This document shows, one piece after another, positions 1 through 12,061 of a DNA stretch of 64,000 bases. Position 1 is the stretch's first letter, and every line of letters begins with the position of its first letter. The DNA is from Octopus sinensis (Eukaryota). The position numbers were made by a program, and so were the translations under genes. The notes below the pieces were generated by a model that made no database searches, was not told where the DNA came from, and worked only from the letters and a program-made list of their open reading frames with translations. The DNA lies in the NCBI RefSeq assembly GCF_006345805.1, contig NC_043008.1, positions 19,964,001 through 20,028,000 of the forward strand, written 5' to 3'.

Positions 1-151
1 ATACATGATACTATAGCTGCCTGGGATTTCTGATTTTGACACCATAAATGTTACTTAATTAAGTCGCTTGATTAGAATAGAAAATTCAAAGATTGGTTTC
101 GAAACTTCTGTTATTCTTAATATTCTCTCTCTGTTATATGTGTCAAAAGGA

Positions 152-382
152 GGCGGCGAGCTGGCAGAAACGTTAGCACGCCGGGCGAAATGCGTTGCCG
201 TATTTCGTCCGCCGTTACGTTCTGAGTTCAAATTACGCGGAGGTCGACTTTGCCTTTCATTCTTTCGGGGTCGATAAATTAAGTACCAGTTATGCACTGG
301 AGTCGATATAATCGACTTAATCCCTTTGTCTGTCCTTGTTTGTTTCTTCTGTGTTTAGCCCCTTGTGGGTAGTAAAGAAATA
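152..382 (+). mobile_element. tRNA-derived SINE, family A, full length
   Basis: Head GGCGGCGAGCTGGCAGAAACGTTAGC with B-box-like GAGTTCAAATT; body GGGGTCGATAAATTAAGTACCAG; tail CCCCTTGTGGGTAGTAAAGAAATA. Near-identical copies at 4098, 16389, 25537, 27335 and 38784. Confidence 0.9.
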
Positions 383-387
383 TACAT

Positions 388-796
388 GTAGGAGTGGCTG
401 TGTGGTAAGTAGCTTGCTAACCAACCACATGGTTCCGGGTTCGGTCCCACTGCGTGGAATCTTGGGCAAGTGTCTTCTGCTATAGCACCGGGCCGACCAA
501 TGCCTTGTGAGTGGATTTGGTAGACGGAAACTGAAAGAAGCCTGTCGTATATATGTATATATATATGTATGTGTGTGTTTGTGCGTCTGTGTTTGTCCGC
601 CTAGCATTGCTTGACAACCGATGCTTGTGTGTTTACGTCCCCGTCACCTAGCGGTTCGACAAAAGAGACCGATAGAATAAGTACTGGGCTTACAAAGAAT
701 AATTCCCGGGGTCGATTTTCTCGACTAAAGGCGGTGCTCCAGCATGGCCGCAGTCAAATGACTGAAACAAGTGAAAGAGTAAAAGAGTAAAAGAGT
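388..796 (+). mobile_element. tRNA-derived SINE, family B, full length
   Basis: A-box-like TGGCTGTGTGGTAAG, B-box-like GGTTCGGTCCC, internal (TA)/(TG) tract, 3' (AAAAGAGT)n tail; more than 10 related copies in the window. Confidence 0.9.
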
Positions 797-1362
797 ATGT
801 GTCATAAACTGTATTTCGCAATTGAATAAGAAAGAAGTATATCCATCGTTACAATTTCGCTTGTTCCTTTATTGTAATTAAAAACTACTTCATGTTCCTT
901 ACTTCAACTAACTGTATTAAAATGATATCGCAATAGCCATTTCAAGATGAAGAAGATGTATCGTATTTCTTTTTCTCAATTCTGTCAATATATAAAGTAT
1001 CTCCGTAACGAGTCCTTGATTTCCGTTGCAATTATTTGCTTGACATAGAGGACTTCCAATAAACTTTGAATAATATTCGATATGACTATACGTTCCAGAA
1101 CGAACTTCACATTTTCCAAGATATTATACTATTATATTAAGCAATTTAAGAATATAGGTGTTGATACGTTCGTATACTGTGTTATAGAAGTGGAATCTAA
1201 AATTTCGCATTTGACTCGCCATGAGAGAGAAAAAAAACTTTTCAGTTAAAAATCTGTTATCTTTGTGACAGAGCCTCTGTTACAAAAACGTTAGATTCTC
1301 TATCGTAACATGACATACGAACTTACCCGAAGTTTTCAGTTTCCTTGTTTCATATTCCCTAA

Positions 1363-1650
1363 AATGCAAATATATGGGAAACTACCACCTGTGTCATCTC
1401 TTGTGAAAGGTAGGAGAGTCCAGTTTGCTGGACATTGTTGTAGAGCTGAAAAAGAAGTAATTTCTACTCTTCTCTGGAAGCCATCTAATCGCAATACCAC
1501 AGGGCGCACACTCTCCTACCCTGATGTAATCTCCAGGGATACAGGCATCCAGCAACAGGACCTCCGTAATGCCATGATGGACCGTGAAGTCTGGCGTAGC
1601 GTGGTAAATTCCATTGTCTCGACCACGGTCGAACAATGATGATGATGATG
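1363..1650 (+). mobile_element. 5'-truncated RTE-clade LINE 3' end with (TGA)n tail and 9-bp TSD
   Basis: Translation RRVQFAGHCCR..LLWKP..GR..YPDVISRDTG..DLRNAMMDREVWR matches the C-terminal pattern of RTE ORFs. Stop runs into TGATGATGATGATG. ATTCCCTAA is duplicated at 1354-1362 and 1651-1659. Confidence 0.85.
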
Positions 1651-2508
1651 ATTCCCTAACGCATTTCAACCATTTTTTTTTCACATGACGTTTTTTGTTA
1701 ATTCTTTCTTAAATGTGGGATCCTACAAAGCAAAGGAAAATCGTAAATAGAATCGAAGTTTTAGTATTTCAATAACACAGAACTCACAACTAGCATACAG
1801 GCCAACTACGTCTGACATTTCTCAAGACAACCTTTTGTACGTTGGCGTTGATAAGTGAAAATAACAGTAGCACCACGACAACACACGCTTCAAAATATTC
1901 AGTGCTGGAATTGACACATATGCATATAGGTTGAATGCTTGATAACCCATAGGTGTAAGTTTATTCCATTATTGATATATGTAGCGAAACAATTACATCT
2001 AGAAAACTCTAATAGGCGAAAGCATGGCTGCGTGGCTGGCGTATTATATTTCAGATAAGGTTTCGATCTCAGCGTGCATGGGCAGATGAGTTTTGCTTCA
2101 GCCAGTGTTTAATCAATATATTTTGCATTGAATTTGCCAGAAGCAAACGTTGCAGAAGACTAGTGTGTATGTATGTGCGTGTGTGTGTGGGATACACACA
2201 TACACACGCACACACGCACATACACAAATATATATACACACCTATACACGCAAGCGCAAATATTTACATACTACAAATATATATATATATATATATATAC
2301 AAAATAAGAAAATGGAGAAATACATCGAAATCAAATATCAATTACCAGATAATACTCAATCACATACTTTATTAAACCACCACATAAGAAACTATAAGGT
2401 TAAACATAATGATGTAGAACAAAAGAGTGTACATAAAGGAGTGTACATAAAAGAGTAATGTTATACAATAATCCATGGGGGGTTGCATTTACAACCCCTA
2501 TCTCAATT

Positions 2509-2509
<1 letters not shown>

Positions 2510-2588
<79 letters not shown>

Positions 2589-2610
2589 TGTATGTGTGTG
2601 TGGTGTGTGT
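2510..2610. repeat. Compound (TA)n/(TATG)n/(TG)n microsatellite
   Basis: Read directly from the sequence. Confidence 0.95.
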
Positions 2611-2765
2611 GAGTGGCTGTGTGGTAAGTAGCTTGCTTACCAACCACATGGTTCCGGGTTCAGTCCCACTGCGTGGCACCTTGGGCAAGTGTTTTCTACT
2701 ATAGCCTCGAGCCGACCAAAGCCTTGTGAGTGGATTTGGTAGACGGAAACTGAAAGAAGCCCGTC

Positions 2766-2855
<90 letters not shown>

Positions 2856-3075
2856 CGTGTATGTTTGTGTGTCTGTTTTTATCCCCCTATAATTGCTTGA
2901 CAACTGATGCTGGTGAGTTTATGGCCCCGTCACTTAGCGGTTCGGCAAAAGACACGGATAGAATAAGTACTGGGCTTACAAAGAATAAGTCCCGGGGTCG
3001 AGTTGCTCGACTAAAGGCGGTCCACCAGCATGGCCACAGTCAAATGACTGAAACAAGTAAAAAGAGTAAAGAGTA
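2611..3075 (+). mobile_element. SINE family B with expanded internal microsatellite
   Basis: Colinear with 388-796; internal (TA)n(TG)n of about 100 bp. Confidence 0.9.
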
Positions 3076-3926
3076 TGTATATATATCTACATATATACAT
3101 ATATACGTTGTGTACGTATATATAATTATATATACGTTTTGTGTGTATATATAAATACTATATATATGAAATATAAGTGTGTATGTGCATACGTGACCGC
3201 GCTTGTGTTTGCGTTCATACCGGAGTATAACAGCTGCTGTCTGCGTCACCAGATATCCTGTATATTCTTTTCTACACTAGGAGCAAAGCCCGATTAGATA
3301 GACCGCAGTACGCAACTGGTACTGAATTTGTCGACACAGAAGGATCAGAAGTTGAATGCTTCCCTCAAACTATTAAATCCAACGCTTTAACAGATCTGCC
3401 ACCATACCAGTTCATATTCATTGCTCTTTGTTTTTAGTTTTGAATGTTGTACCATAAATTTTATACATCACGTGACGTGCTTCTTCACTTTCAAAAAGCT
3501 ACTTCACGGTGTAAGGATATATTATACAAGTACTTAAGTCCAAAGTTACTGGATAATTATACAAGTACTTAGTCAAATGGACAAGTAGTTAAAAACGTAA
3601 TTAATGAAATATATATTTTCCTGAATAAGAAATGTCTTACTGCTATATTTTTGATGATAATTTTTGAAGATGTAGTTAAAATTTGAAGTGTTTTAAATTT
3701 GAAAGAAGTATCAAAGTAATTCAAAGAAATATCAAAGAATTTCAAAGAAATATATAAGTCACATATACCATAATCAAGTTTCTAGTTGATGGCTTTAATT
3801 TAGATTTGAATTGTCAATCTTTACCAATTGTTGGCTAACGTTTCAACGGCGATATATTAAAATTGCTGAGAAGAGGAAGTACATTACTCAGCGATTCTTG
3901 AGAAGGGCGAATTTAAATGTAATATA

Positions 3927-4333
3927 CGCTTTCCTACTCTAGGCACAAGAGCGGAAATGCCTTTCGGGGGAAGGGGCTAGTCGAATACATTGACCAAAAT
4001 ATACAACTGGTACTTAGTTAATCGACACCGAAAGGATCAATGACAAAGTCGACCTCGGCGGAATTTGATCTAAGGACGTAGCGGGACACGTAATACCTAT
4101 TTCTTTACTACCCACAAGGGGCTAAACACAGAAGGGACAAACATGGACAGACAAACAGATTAAGTCGTTTATATCGATCCCAGTGCGTAACTGGTACTTA
4201 TTTAATCGACCCCGAAAAGATGTAAGGCAAGGTCGACCTCGGCGGAATTTGAACTCAGAACGTAACGGCAGACAAAATATGGCTACGCATTTCGCCCGGC
4301 GTGCTAACGATTCTGCCAGCTCACCGCCTTTTA
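3927..4333 (-). mobile_element. Composite SINE: family A copy nested inside an A' copy
   Basis: A-type tail junction at 4097/4098; the distal half carries a different tail (GTGCCTAGAGTAGGAAAG on minus). Outer direct repeat AAATGTAATATA at 3915-3926 and 4334-4345. Confidence 0.75.
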
Positions 4334-4364
4334 AAATGTAATATATTGCCGTATGGGAGGCAGT

Positions 4365-4530
4365 GGGATGGCAGTTTAAGTTCTGCGTTCAAATACCCAC
4401 GAAATTGACTTCACCTATATTACTTCGAAGTGGTTGAAATAAGTACTAGTTGAGATCCGGGATCGATGTAATCGGCTTAACCCTTCCCCTTTCCAGCTGG
4501 CCTGCCTTGTACAAAAATTTGAAACCAATA
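4365..4530 (+). mobile_element. Degenerate SINE A' (A-type body, alternative tail)
   Basis: GCGTTCAAAT..AAATAAGTACTAGTTGAG..GGGATCGATGTAATCGGCTTAACCCTTCCCC. Confidence 0.6.
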
Positions 4531-5071
4531 TATCATCGCTTGAACCATAAAAAATATAATACAATCCTATTATCATTTATATTGCATTTTCACTTCAAAC
4601 TTTGTATATTTCTGGCCCGGATTTATCTCAGTTTACTCCCTGGTGAAAGAGTCGTATCATAATAAATATAATTTATTCATAAGATTTCCCACCACATTAC
4701 AGCTTTTCAGTTGTTGAATCAACAATTCAAGAAATCTATGTAGCTAATGGATCATATATCTAAACATAAGGTCGTTGTGGAAATCAATTATATTGAAAGG
4801 ATATACGTATAAAGTCATGGATCTTTTATCTGTTGAGTTATACTTGTTGCAGATATTAAATTGCGGCCATGTTGGGGTACGTACTTCAAGAATTAACTTG
4901 AATGACTCGAGATTAACACTTATTTTTAAAGACTGGACCTTATTCTATTTCATCGGTCCCTTTCACGAACAAGGATGTATACACATACACAAAAAATCCG
5001 GATTTCAGGCTGTGGTTTGGGGGACAAATACGAAGAGAAGTACACACACATACCATGCCATATATATATAT

Positions 5072-5143
<72 letters not shown>

Positions 5144-5227
5144 TATATACATATATATATACATACATGCATTCATACATATATATATATATGTATAAAT
5201 ATATATATATATATATTAATATAATTC

Positions 5228-5422
5228 TTAAAGGGGACAGCAAACGTTAAGGCAAGTAGACAACTCAAGACGTGTACAATGTTATTATGGAAAAAATACA
5301 AAATCTTACAGCTGTTTCTGTGATATCTCCGAGCATGGGATATCCTTGGTGCCCTAATAATCCGTTACAGAACTTACCTAGCATGCCTAATCGTTTAGAT
5401 CACCTGTGAAGTAAACCCGCAT
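5228..5422 (-). mobile_element. Probable Penelope-like terminal-repeat fragment between (TA)n tracts
   Basis: Minus strand has GAAAC-AGCT-GTA (3' half of a minimal hammerhead with palindromic ACAGCTGT), but no CUGANGA core; bounded by TA microsatellites like the other PLE relics. Confidence 0.35.
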
Positions 5423-5423
5423 A

Positions 5424-5485
<62 letters not shown>

Positions 5486-5536
5486 TAAAAATTATAAAAA
5501 AACAATGAAAAGTAAATTATACCACATAGAAATAAA

Positions 5537-5691
5537 TTACATCTTATATAAAAATTATATATAAGATAAAAACATATAACAATGATTAAGTAGTGTGCAA
5601 ATAATAATCAAACGCTTTATTATTATTTTGCACATTACTTAATCATTGCTATATATTTTTATCTTATATTTAATTTTTCTATAAGATGTAA
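5537..5691. repeat. Fold-back inverted repeat, about 72-bp arms and 10-nt loop
   Basis: 5537-5608 is the reverse complement of 5619-5691 with a few mismatches and indels. Confidence 0.85.
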
Positions 5692-5745
5692 CTTTTTCTC
5701 TATGATATAATTTAACTTTTTTCATTTTTTAATTGATAAAAGGTG

Positions 5746-5788
<43 letters not shown>

Positions 5789-6003
5789 TTTGTGAAATTT
5801 TATTTAGTATTTCTAAATTGAATTTTTTCCCTGTAAGTTTGGAAAAATATTTCCTAATATTATATATATATGTATATATGTGCGCGCCTGTGTGTATATA
5901 TATATATATATATATTATAACGAATTTTCTCATGCATATTTCCCTGCTGCATGAACGATATAGCAATGGCATGCTCGGCCTGAAGTTACGCAAATTACGT
6001 CTG

Positions 6004-6103
6004 NNNNNNNNNNNNNNNNNNNNNNNNNNNNNNNNNNNNNNNNNNNNNNNNNNNNNNNNNNNNNNNNNNNNNNNNNNNNNNNNNNNNNNNNNNNNNNNNN
6101 NNN
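6004..6103. other. Assembly gap (100 N)
   Basis: Run of N; it truncates the 5' end of the SINE-B at 6104. Confidence 1.
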
Positions 6104-6487
6104 TTTCCAACCACATGGTTCCGGGTTCAGTCCACTGTGTGGTACATTGGCCAAGTGTCTTCTACTATAGCCTCGGGCCGACCAAAGACTTGTGAGTGGA
6201 TTTGGCAGACGGAAACTGAAAGAAGCCCGTCGTATATATGTATATATATGTATGCGTGTGTATGTTTATGTGTCTGTGTTTGTCCCCTTAGCATTGCTTG
6301 ACAACTGATGCTGGTGTGTTTATGTCCCCGTTTCCTAACGGTTCGGCAAAAGAGACCGATAGAATAAGTACTGGGCTTACAAAAGAATAAGTCCCGGAGT
6401 CGAGTTGCTCAATTAAAGGCGATGCTCCAGCATGGTCGCAGTCAACTGACTGAAACAAGTAAAAGAGTAAAATAGAATAAAGAGAGT
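6104..6487 (+). mobile_element. SINE family B, 5' end lost in the gap
   Basis: Colinear with 388-796 from CCAACCACATGG to the AAAAGAGTA tail. Confidence 0.9.
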
Positions 6488-6530
6488 ACCCACACTCACA
6501 CGCACATATATATCTAAATCTCTTTTTTGT

Positions 6531-6767
6531 GGAGGCACCTAACTTAGTGTTTAGATTGCAGTTTCGATTCGTGGAGTAGTTGATGCGTTGTGTTCATGAG
6601 CAAAACACTTCATTTCACATTATTCCAGTGCCCCCAGCTGGCAGAAATGAGTAACCCTGTAACTGACCGGTGTCCAGTGCTGGTGAAGAATATATTCATG
6701 GAGACCGGAAAACGCCTACTTTACGTATCGGTTTGATTTGAGAAGATAGCTTTATGTCTTGCCTTTA
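6531..6767 (+). mobile_element. Degenerate tRNA-derived SINE, family C group
   Basis: Central block GTGTTCATGAGCAAAACACTTCATTTCACATT..CAGCTGGCAGAAATGAGTA shared with 11810, 15553, 18405, 50671 and 56875. Confidence 0.6.
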
Positions 6768-8975
6768 AATCTCTCTTCCTTTATCTTTACTTCTTGGTTT
6801 GCACTTTATGGTTTCTCACGGCTATACGACACCTTATTTCCCTCTGTATATAAATGCTTCTTCTAAATTTAACGTTCTTTTTTATTATTTAATTTTCTTG
6901 TCTGAAGAATTTCCTTATAGGAAAACTTGTATGTTTACGTACAACTCCGTGATTCCTACTAACAAATCCAAGTATTATTTTCTTGCTTGAAAAAGACAGA
7001 TAAGCCCTCATGCCGGGAACGGAAAATGGAAATTTTCGTACCATTTCAAGCACCAAAATTATTTAAACGGCTTTTTGCAGAAATTAACTCAGGTTTAATT
7101 TATAAGTCTTTTCAAGGATATGAATGCAATAGACTGACGTAATTTTTCTATAATTACACATTCATATACGAGGCTATAATCATGCAAGGTTCATACCCAG
7201 GTGATGGAAGGCAGCGTTTAGTTCAGCTGGGATTTTAACTGAAAGGGAACAAAAATACATAAATGACTTTAACATTGACAGAATGCTAGAAATTGAAGGC
7301 GGATGGATGGAATTTTACTATACAGAACTGGCACTTGTTAGTACACTTGTTAATGGTATATTATTATTCAACTTGGAAAGTTGACATGAAAAGTTGACCT
7401 CGGAGGAATTTGAACAGAGAATCCTAAGAAATTCTGCCAAGCAATTAACCCGATACTCTAATGATTTTAAGTCACCATTTCCCCGATCACATACTACACT
7501 GCAATCACTTTTCACGTCAAATGCTACCAGATTAATAGAAATATATTTTGCGTGTATACTGTTGTATTTAACTACAGGCCAGTGAATTCTCTTTGCTGAG
7601 AGAGACATATCTTATAACTGTGAATGAGTGTGTGTCTCTGTGTAACTGTGTGTATGTGGGCGTTTGTATGTGTGTATATGTATGGTTGTGTGTATATGAG
7701 TGTGTGTATATATATGTGTGTGTGTGTGTGTGTGCGAATGTCTTTCTGAATTAGATTTCAAATAATATAAATAAACTGCAATGTACATTAATTCAACAGG
7801 AAATCGAAATATTTTCACCAGAAGAAACCTGGACACCGAAGCAGTAGTACTCAACATACGCTACTGTCTTCATCTACTGAACCGCGGAAGAGGCAGGTAT
7901 TTGGATGTTAGCTCACGGATTTTCGTAATACTTAGCCATTCTTATCATAATATTATGGCAAAGCATTCTAAATTTAGAGTATTAAGTAAAACTTTACACC
8001 ATTATATTTAATATCTACCTTCTTGCTTGGTGAACATATCGATAATTCTATTTTCTCATATTCTATTTTCCTACGCATTTCCGAATGGACATTAAATCCT
8101 TTAGATTTACTGTCTTTAAAGCTAGGAGTTTGAAGGTGATATACACTAAACATTATATTTGTCAGCTTAAATTCATGTGCTGCCTCGAGGGAAATACTTC
8201 ATGATGCGGACCATTTATCCTGATTTACTATTATTGGGGAAATACTTTAATAATACTCTCTTCACTGATTCAAGAAAGCTTTATTTTCTGAAATGTTATG
8301 TAACTTAGGATTCTAAAATTGACTGATGCCAGTAGTTTTATTAATAACACTAAGGAAATGAATAAATATATTATAAAATCACTTATCAGCTGAAACGTAT
8401 TGGAAGTATTTGAATTATTATATTAGGAATTAGGAGAAGGAGACTACTCTTAAAATATCGTTCTTAAAATATCGTGTCCACCTCTGCACAAGCATAGTAA
8501 GTTTCCGGGATCAATTCCTAGTGGAAGCTATTTCATTTCCGTTAAGTTTCAAATAATTTTACGGGAAATATGAACAGCAGGTCTTCATATCTCCTCCAAT
8601 CAAAATAACTGTATGTTCTTGCGCCTGCTTCAACGAAAGGAATGTTTTAGAAATGTACTAGCACTATGACCCGACAACACCGGGCCATAGTGCTAGTGCA
8701 TGCATATACAGCTGCGTGCGTGCGCACATACACGCGAGTACTGTCCAAATCTCCGACCACTCACATACAGATAGCTGGCATTCAATTGGCGTATCAAGTT
8801 TCGGGCATTTTGATTGGGTTTTGGATAAAAAATTCACAAAAATGTCACTTCTATTGATTTCTTAATGGCTTTGCAGGGTGTCTGGAGAAATGTAAAGATG
8901 TGCACAACCACCCTTAGACGGTTTTAAATGACCATAGAAAGTGCGAGCCCTCTAGCTGAAAATTGTGGATTTGCA

Positions 8976-9103
8976 TATATATATATATATTATATATATA
9001 TATCTATATATATATAATATATATATATAATATATGTGTATCATATATAATATATATATTATAATATTTATATATATGATATTATATATAAATACATCCA
9101 TGG

Positions 9104-9184
<81 letters not shown>

Positions 9185-9205
9185 TAATATGTATATATAT
9201 ATAGT
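8976..9205. repeat. Imperfect (TA)n tract
   Basis: Read directly from the sequence. Confidence 0.9.
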
Positions 9206-9594
9206 TATTTATTTATTCATTTAAATATATATTGTCAGCAGTGAAGCTCAAGAGATTCTCGTATAGAAAACACGTTGTAGCTCTTAGATAATTCAACCTG
9301 AGAACGCGATGTCTTTCGAGAAACCAATTCCAGGTCGTTGAACTTCCAACACCTTACTTTCTTCTCTTTAATTTCTTCTGGCGTTTGCATTCTGCGCAAG
9401 TTTGCTTTGTTAATATATAAATATCTATATGTTCATGCTTAAATATTCATCGTATGAATATATCTTTGCTTTCTTTAGAGTTATGCATACAAATACATGC
9501 ACACACAAACACACACGCACACATATATATATGTTTGTGTGTGTGTGTGTGTGTTGTATATATATACACAATATAATATAATATATTATATATA

Positions 9595-9644
9595 TATATA
9601 TATCTAATATATATATATATATATATTATCATATATATATATAT

Positions 9645-9723
<79 letters not shown>
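9595..9723. repeat. (TA)n plus (GATA)n microsatellite
   Basis: Read directly from the sequence; a second (GATA)n lies at 9963-10037. Confidence 0.95.
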
Positions 9724-9962
9724 TACAACATTTAGAGGGTTTGGTTTTTTGCTGAACTTTTTTCTTGAGAACACATTCTCCGTAGAAAATGGCAATTTTG
9801 ACGTCTATATTCAGTATACACGCTGTCCACTCTTAGGGGTCAATCCTCTAAATTTTGTATGTAAAAAAATGTTTAACCTTCGGATTTTTTAAATATGCTA
9901 GGCCACTGGTTTTAATTGACTAATATTAATTTCTGCCCTTATTTAATTTTTATATATATAGT

Positions 9963-10036
<74 letters not shown>

Positions 10037-10760
10037 GATATGTATGAAACCCAAGGCTTTATATTTAGTTTGTTTATCCGCATAGTTCTCATTCTCACTC
10101 GCTGTATATATGTGTATATATAATTGTGTGTATGTATGCATGTATGTGTGTGTTTGTACGCCTGTTTGTGTATGTGTGCGGTTATGTTCTTTCTTCGACA
10201 CAAAGTAATATCCGCACGATCATTGTTCTACAAACGGTATATGAAAACAGCGTTGTGACGAGAACTGCTGTACGGAATATTATTATATCTATACTGCGCT
10301 TCACAAGTGTGTTTTCACCTTGCATTAAATCGTCTCACATAGTACCAGATAATAACTTAAACATGTATTATAGAAAGAAACCAAATTTTCCGACTATATC
10401 ATAAAACGTGGCAGCTGTCTTCCATAATAAGTATTTCGCAGTGTTCGATAAATATTATTACTATGAATATATTCTGATGATGTAATTAGCTAACATGAGC
10501 CTCAAGCATTCAGCTAAATATCAAAAGGAAGAAAGGACGGGAGAAATTAATTATAAACTGAAAGCTTGTATATATTTCGTTCTTCCAAATGTCTTTCAGT
10601 ACAGAAGGCCTTTGAGGAAGATTGTTTCCCAATTGTTAATGTGATTTAGTGTAATACTTTGGCTTGGGTTACCGATCACCTATTATATTATTCTTATTTT
10701 AAAGAGTTGCATTGTCTTATATTATCTATTAACCTTCTCTTCCTTAATCCCGTATACTAT

Positions 10761-10816
10761 ACTATATTCCATAAACTATATTCCATAAACTATATTCCAT
10801 AAACTATATTCCATAA
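10761..10816. repeat. 14-bp minisatellite (ACTATATTCCATAA)x4
   Basis: Four perfect tandem copies. Confidence 0.95.
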
Positions 10817-10935
10817 ACTATACTATATTAGGTGTCATAGCTCTAATAGACTGATTTAGGTTATACATATATAACATACATAATGTACATCTATAAACTT
10901 TTATATGTACATATGTGCATTCCTGAAAAAATATA

Positions 10936-11350
10936 TACTCTCTTTTACTCTTTTACTCTTTTACATGTTTCAGTCATTTGACTGCGGCCATGCTGGAGCA
11001 CCGCCTTTAGTCGAGCAACTCGACCCCAAGACTTATTCTTTGTAAGCCCAGTCTTTATTCTATCGGGCTCTTTTGCCGAACCGCTAGGTGACGGGGACGT
11101 AAACACACCAGCATCGGTTGTCAAGCAATGCTAGGGGTACAAACACAGACACACAAACACATACATACACATATATATACATATATACGACAGGCTTCTT
11201 TCAGTTTCCGTCTACCAAATCCACTCACAAGGCATTGGCCGGCCCGGGGCTATAGCAGAAGACACTTGCCCAAGATGCCACGCAGTGGGACTGAACCCGG
11301 AACCATGTGGTTGGTTAGCAAGCTACTTACCACACAGCCACTCCTGCGCC
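10936..11350 (-). mobile_element. SINE family B, full length
   Basis: Reverse complement of the 388-796 type; 5' end GGCGCAGGAGTGGCTG at 11350. Confidence 0.9.
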
Positions 11351-11371
11351 TATATATATATATATATATAT

Positions 11372-11710
11372 TACGGAGAGGTATTTTCAGAGCAAGTGAC
11401 TTGATCTGAGATCGTGTGCTGGAACGAAAACAATTGCAGTGTGGAAGGTGTTTATAAGCCATTTAAGAAACACAAAAACCGTTAGATTCACTTCAATATT
11501 TAAATTCAATTTGTCAAAATATTTTCGTCCATTTGAGATGGAGACCTGTTCACTGACGAAAATTCCGTGCTGCATCTCGGAATTTTGTCAGTGAACAGGT
11601 CTCAAAGCGACGAAAATAGATAAATTAAATTTAAATGTTGAAGTGAATCTAACGGTTTTCTGTGTGTTTCTTAACTGGCTTATAAATCCATTTCACATTG
11701 CAATTGTTTA
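11372..11710. mobile_element. Fold-back element, probably an inverted Penelope-like pseudo-LTR duplication
   Basis: Arms of about 140 bp (about 11427-11567 and 11578-11710) around loop TGCTGCATCT; the left arm extends further; flanked by (TA)n on both sides; each arm carries a hammerhead-like motif. Confidence 0.6.
11513..11557 (-). ncRNA. Minimal hammerhead-like motif, G3-C8 core variant
   Basis: Minus strand GTCA-GTGAACA-G-GTCT..GGAC-GAAA-ATAT-TT-TGAC: stem I GUCA/UGAC, core GUGAACA, stem II GUCU/GGAC, self-complementary stem III AAUAUU. Confidence 0.5.
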
Positions 11711-11719
11711 TATGTTTAC

Positions 11720-11772
<53 letters not shown>

Positions 11773-11809
11773 ATAATATATATATATAGTATATGTATGT
11801 ATATAGGAG

Positions 11810-12061
11810 CTAGTTGTGCAGTGGCTGAGCACTCCACAGACAAGTGTACCCTTCACATAGTTCTGAGAGATATTCAGCGTGACACAGTGTGTGACAAGCC
11901 CGGCCCTTTGAAATACAGGTACTACTCATTTTTCCTAGCTGAGTGGACTGGGGCAACATGAAATAAAGTGTCTTGCTCATGAACATAACACTTCGCCGGG
12001 AATCGAACTCACGACCTTGCGAACGTGAGCCGAATGCCCTAACCACTAAGCCACACGCCTT
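11810..12061 (-). mobile_element. tRNA-derived SINE, family C group
   Basis: Minus head GGCGTGTGGCTTAGTGGTTAGGGC..GAGTTCGATTCCC (A and B boxes) followed by the C central block. Confidence 0.8.

Noticed and set aside
2150-3249. Many 60-180 aa ORFs such as YIYIYI, THTHTH, IIIII and LSIYLSIY here and throughout the window
   Set aside because: Translations of microsatellites and SINEs; low complexity and stop-free only because of the repeat unit.
5295-5350. Complete hammerhead on the minus strand
   Set aside because: Only GAAAC-AGCU-GUA and a stem II remnant are present; no CUGANGA-like core or stem I partner.
9240-9410. Possible mariner HTH fragment on the minus strand (KFNDLEL..SQVELSKSYNV)
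   Set aside because: Similarity is too short and weak, with no TIR or second motif to support it.
10761-10816. CRISPR-like array
   Set aside because: Head-to-tail 14-mers without spacers in eukaryotic DNA; the dispersed SINE copies are not regularly spaced either.
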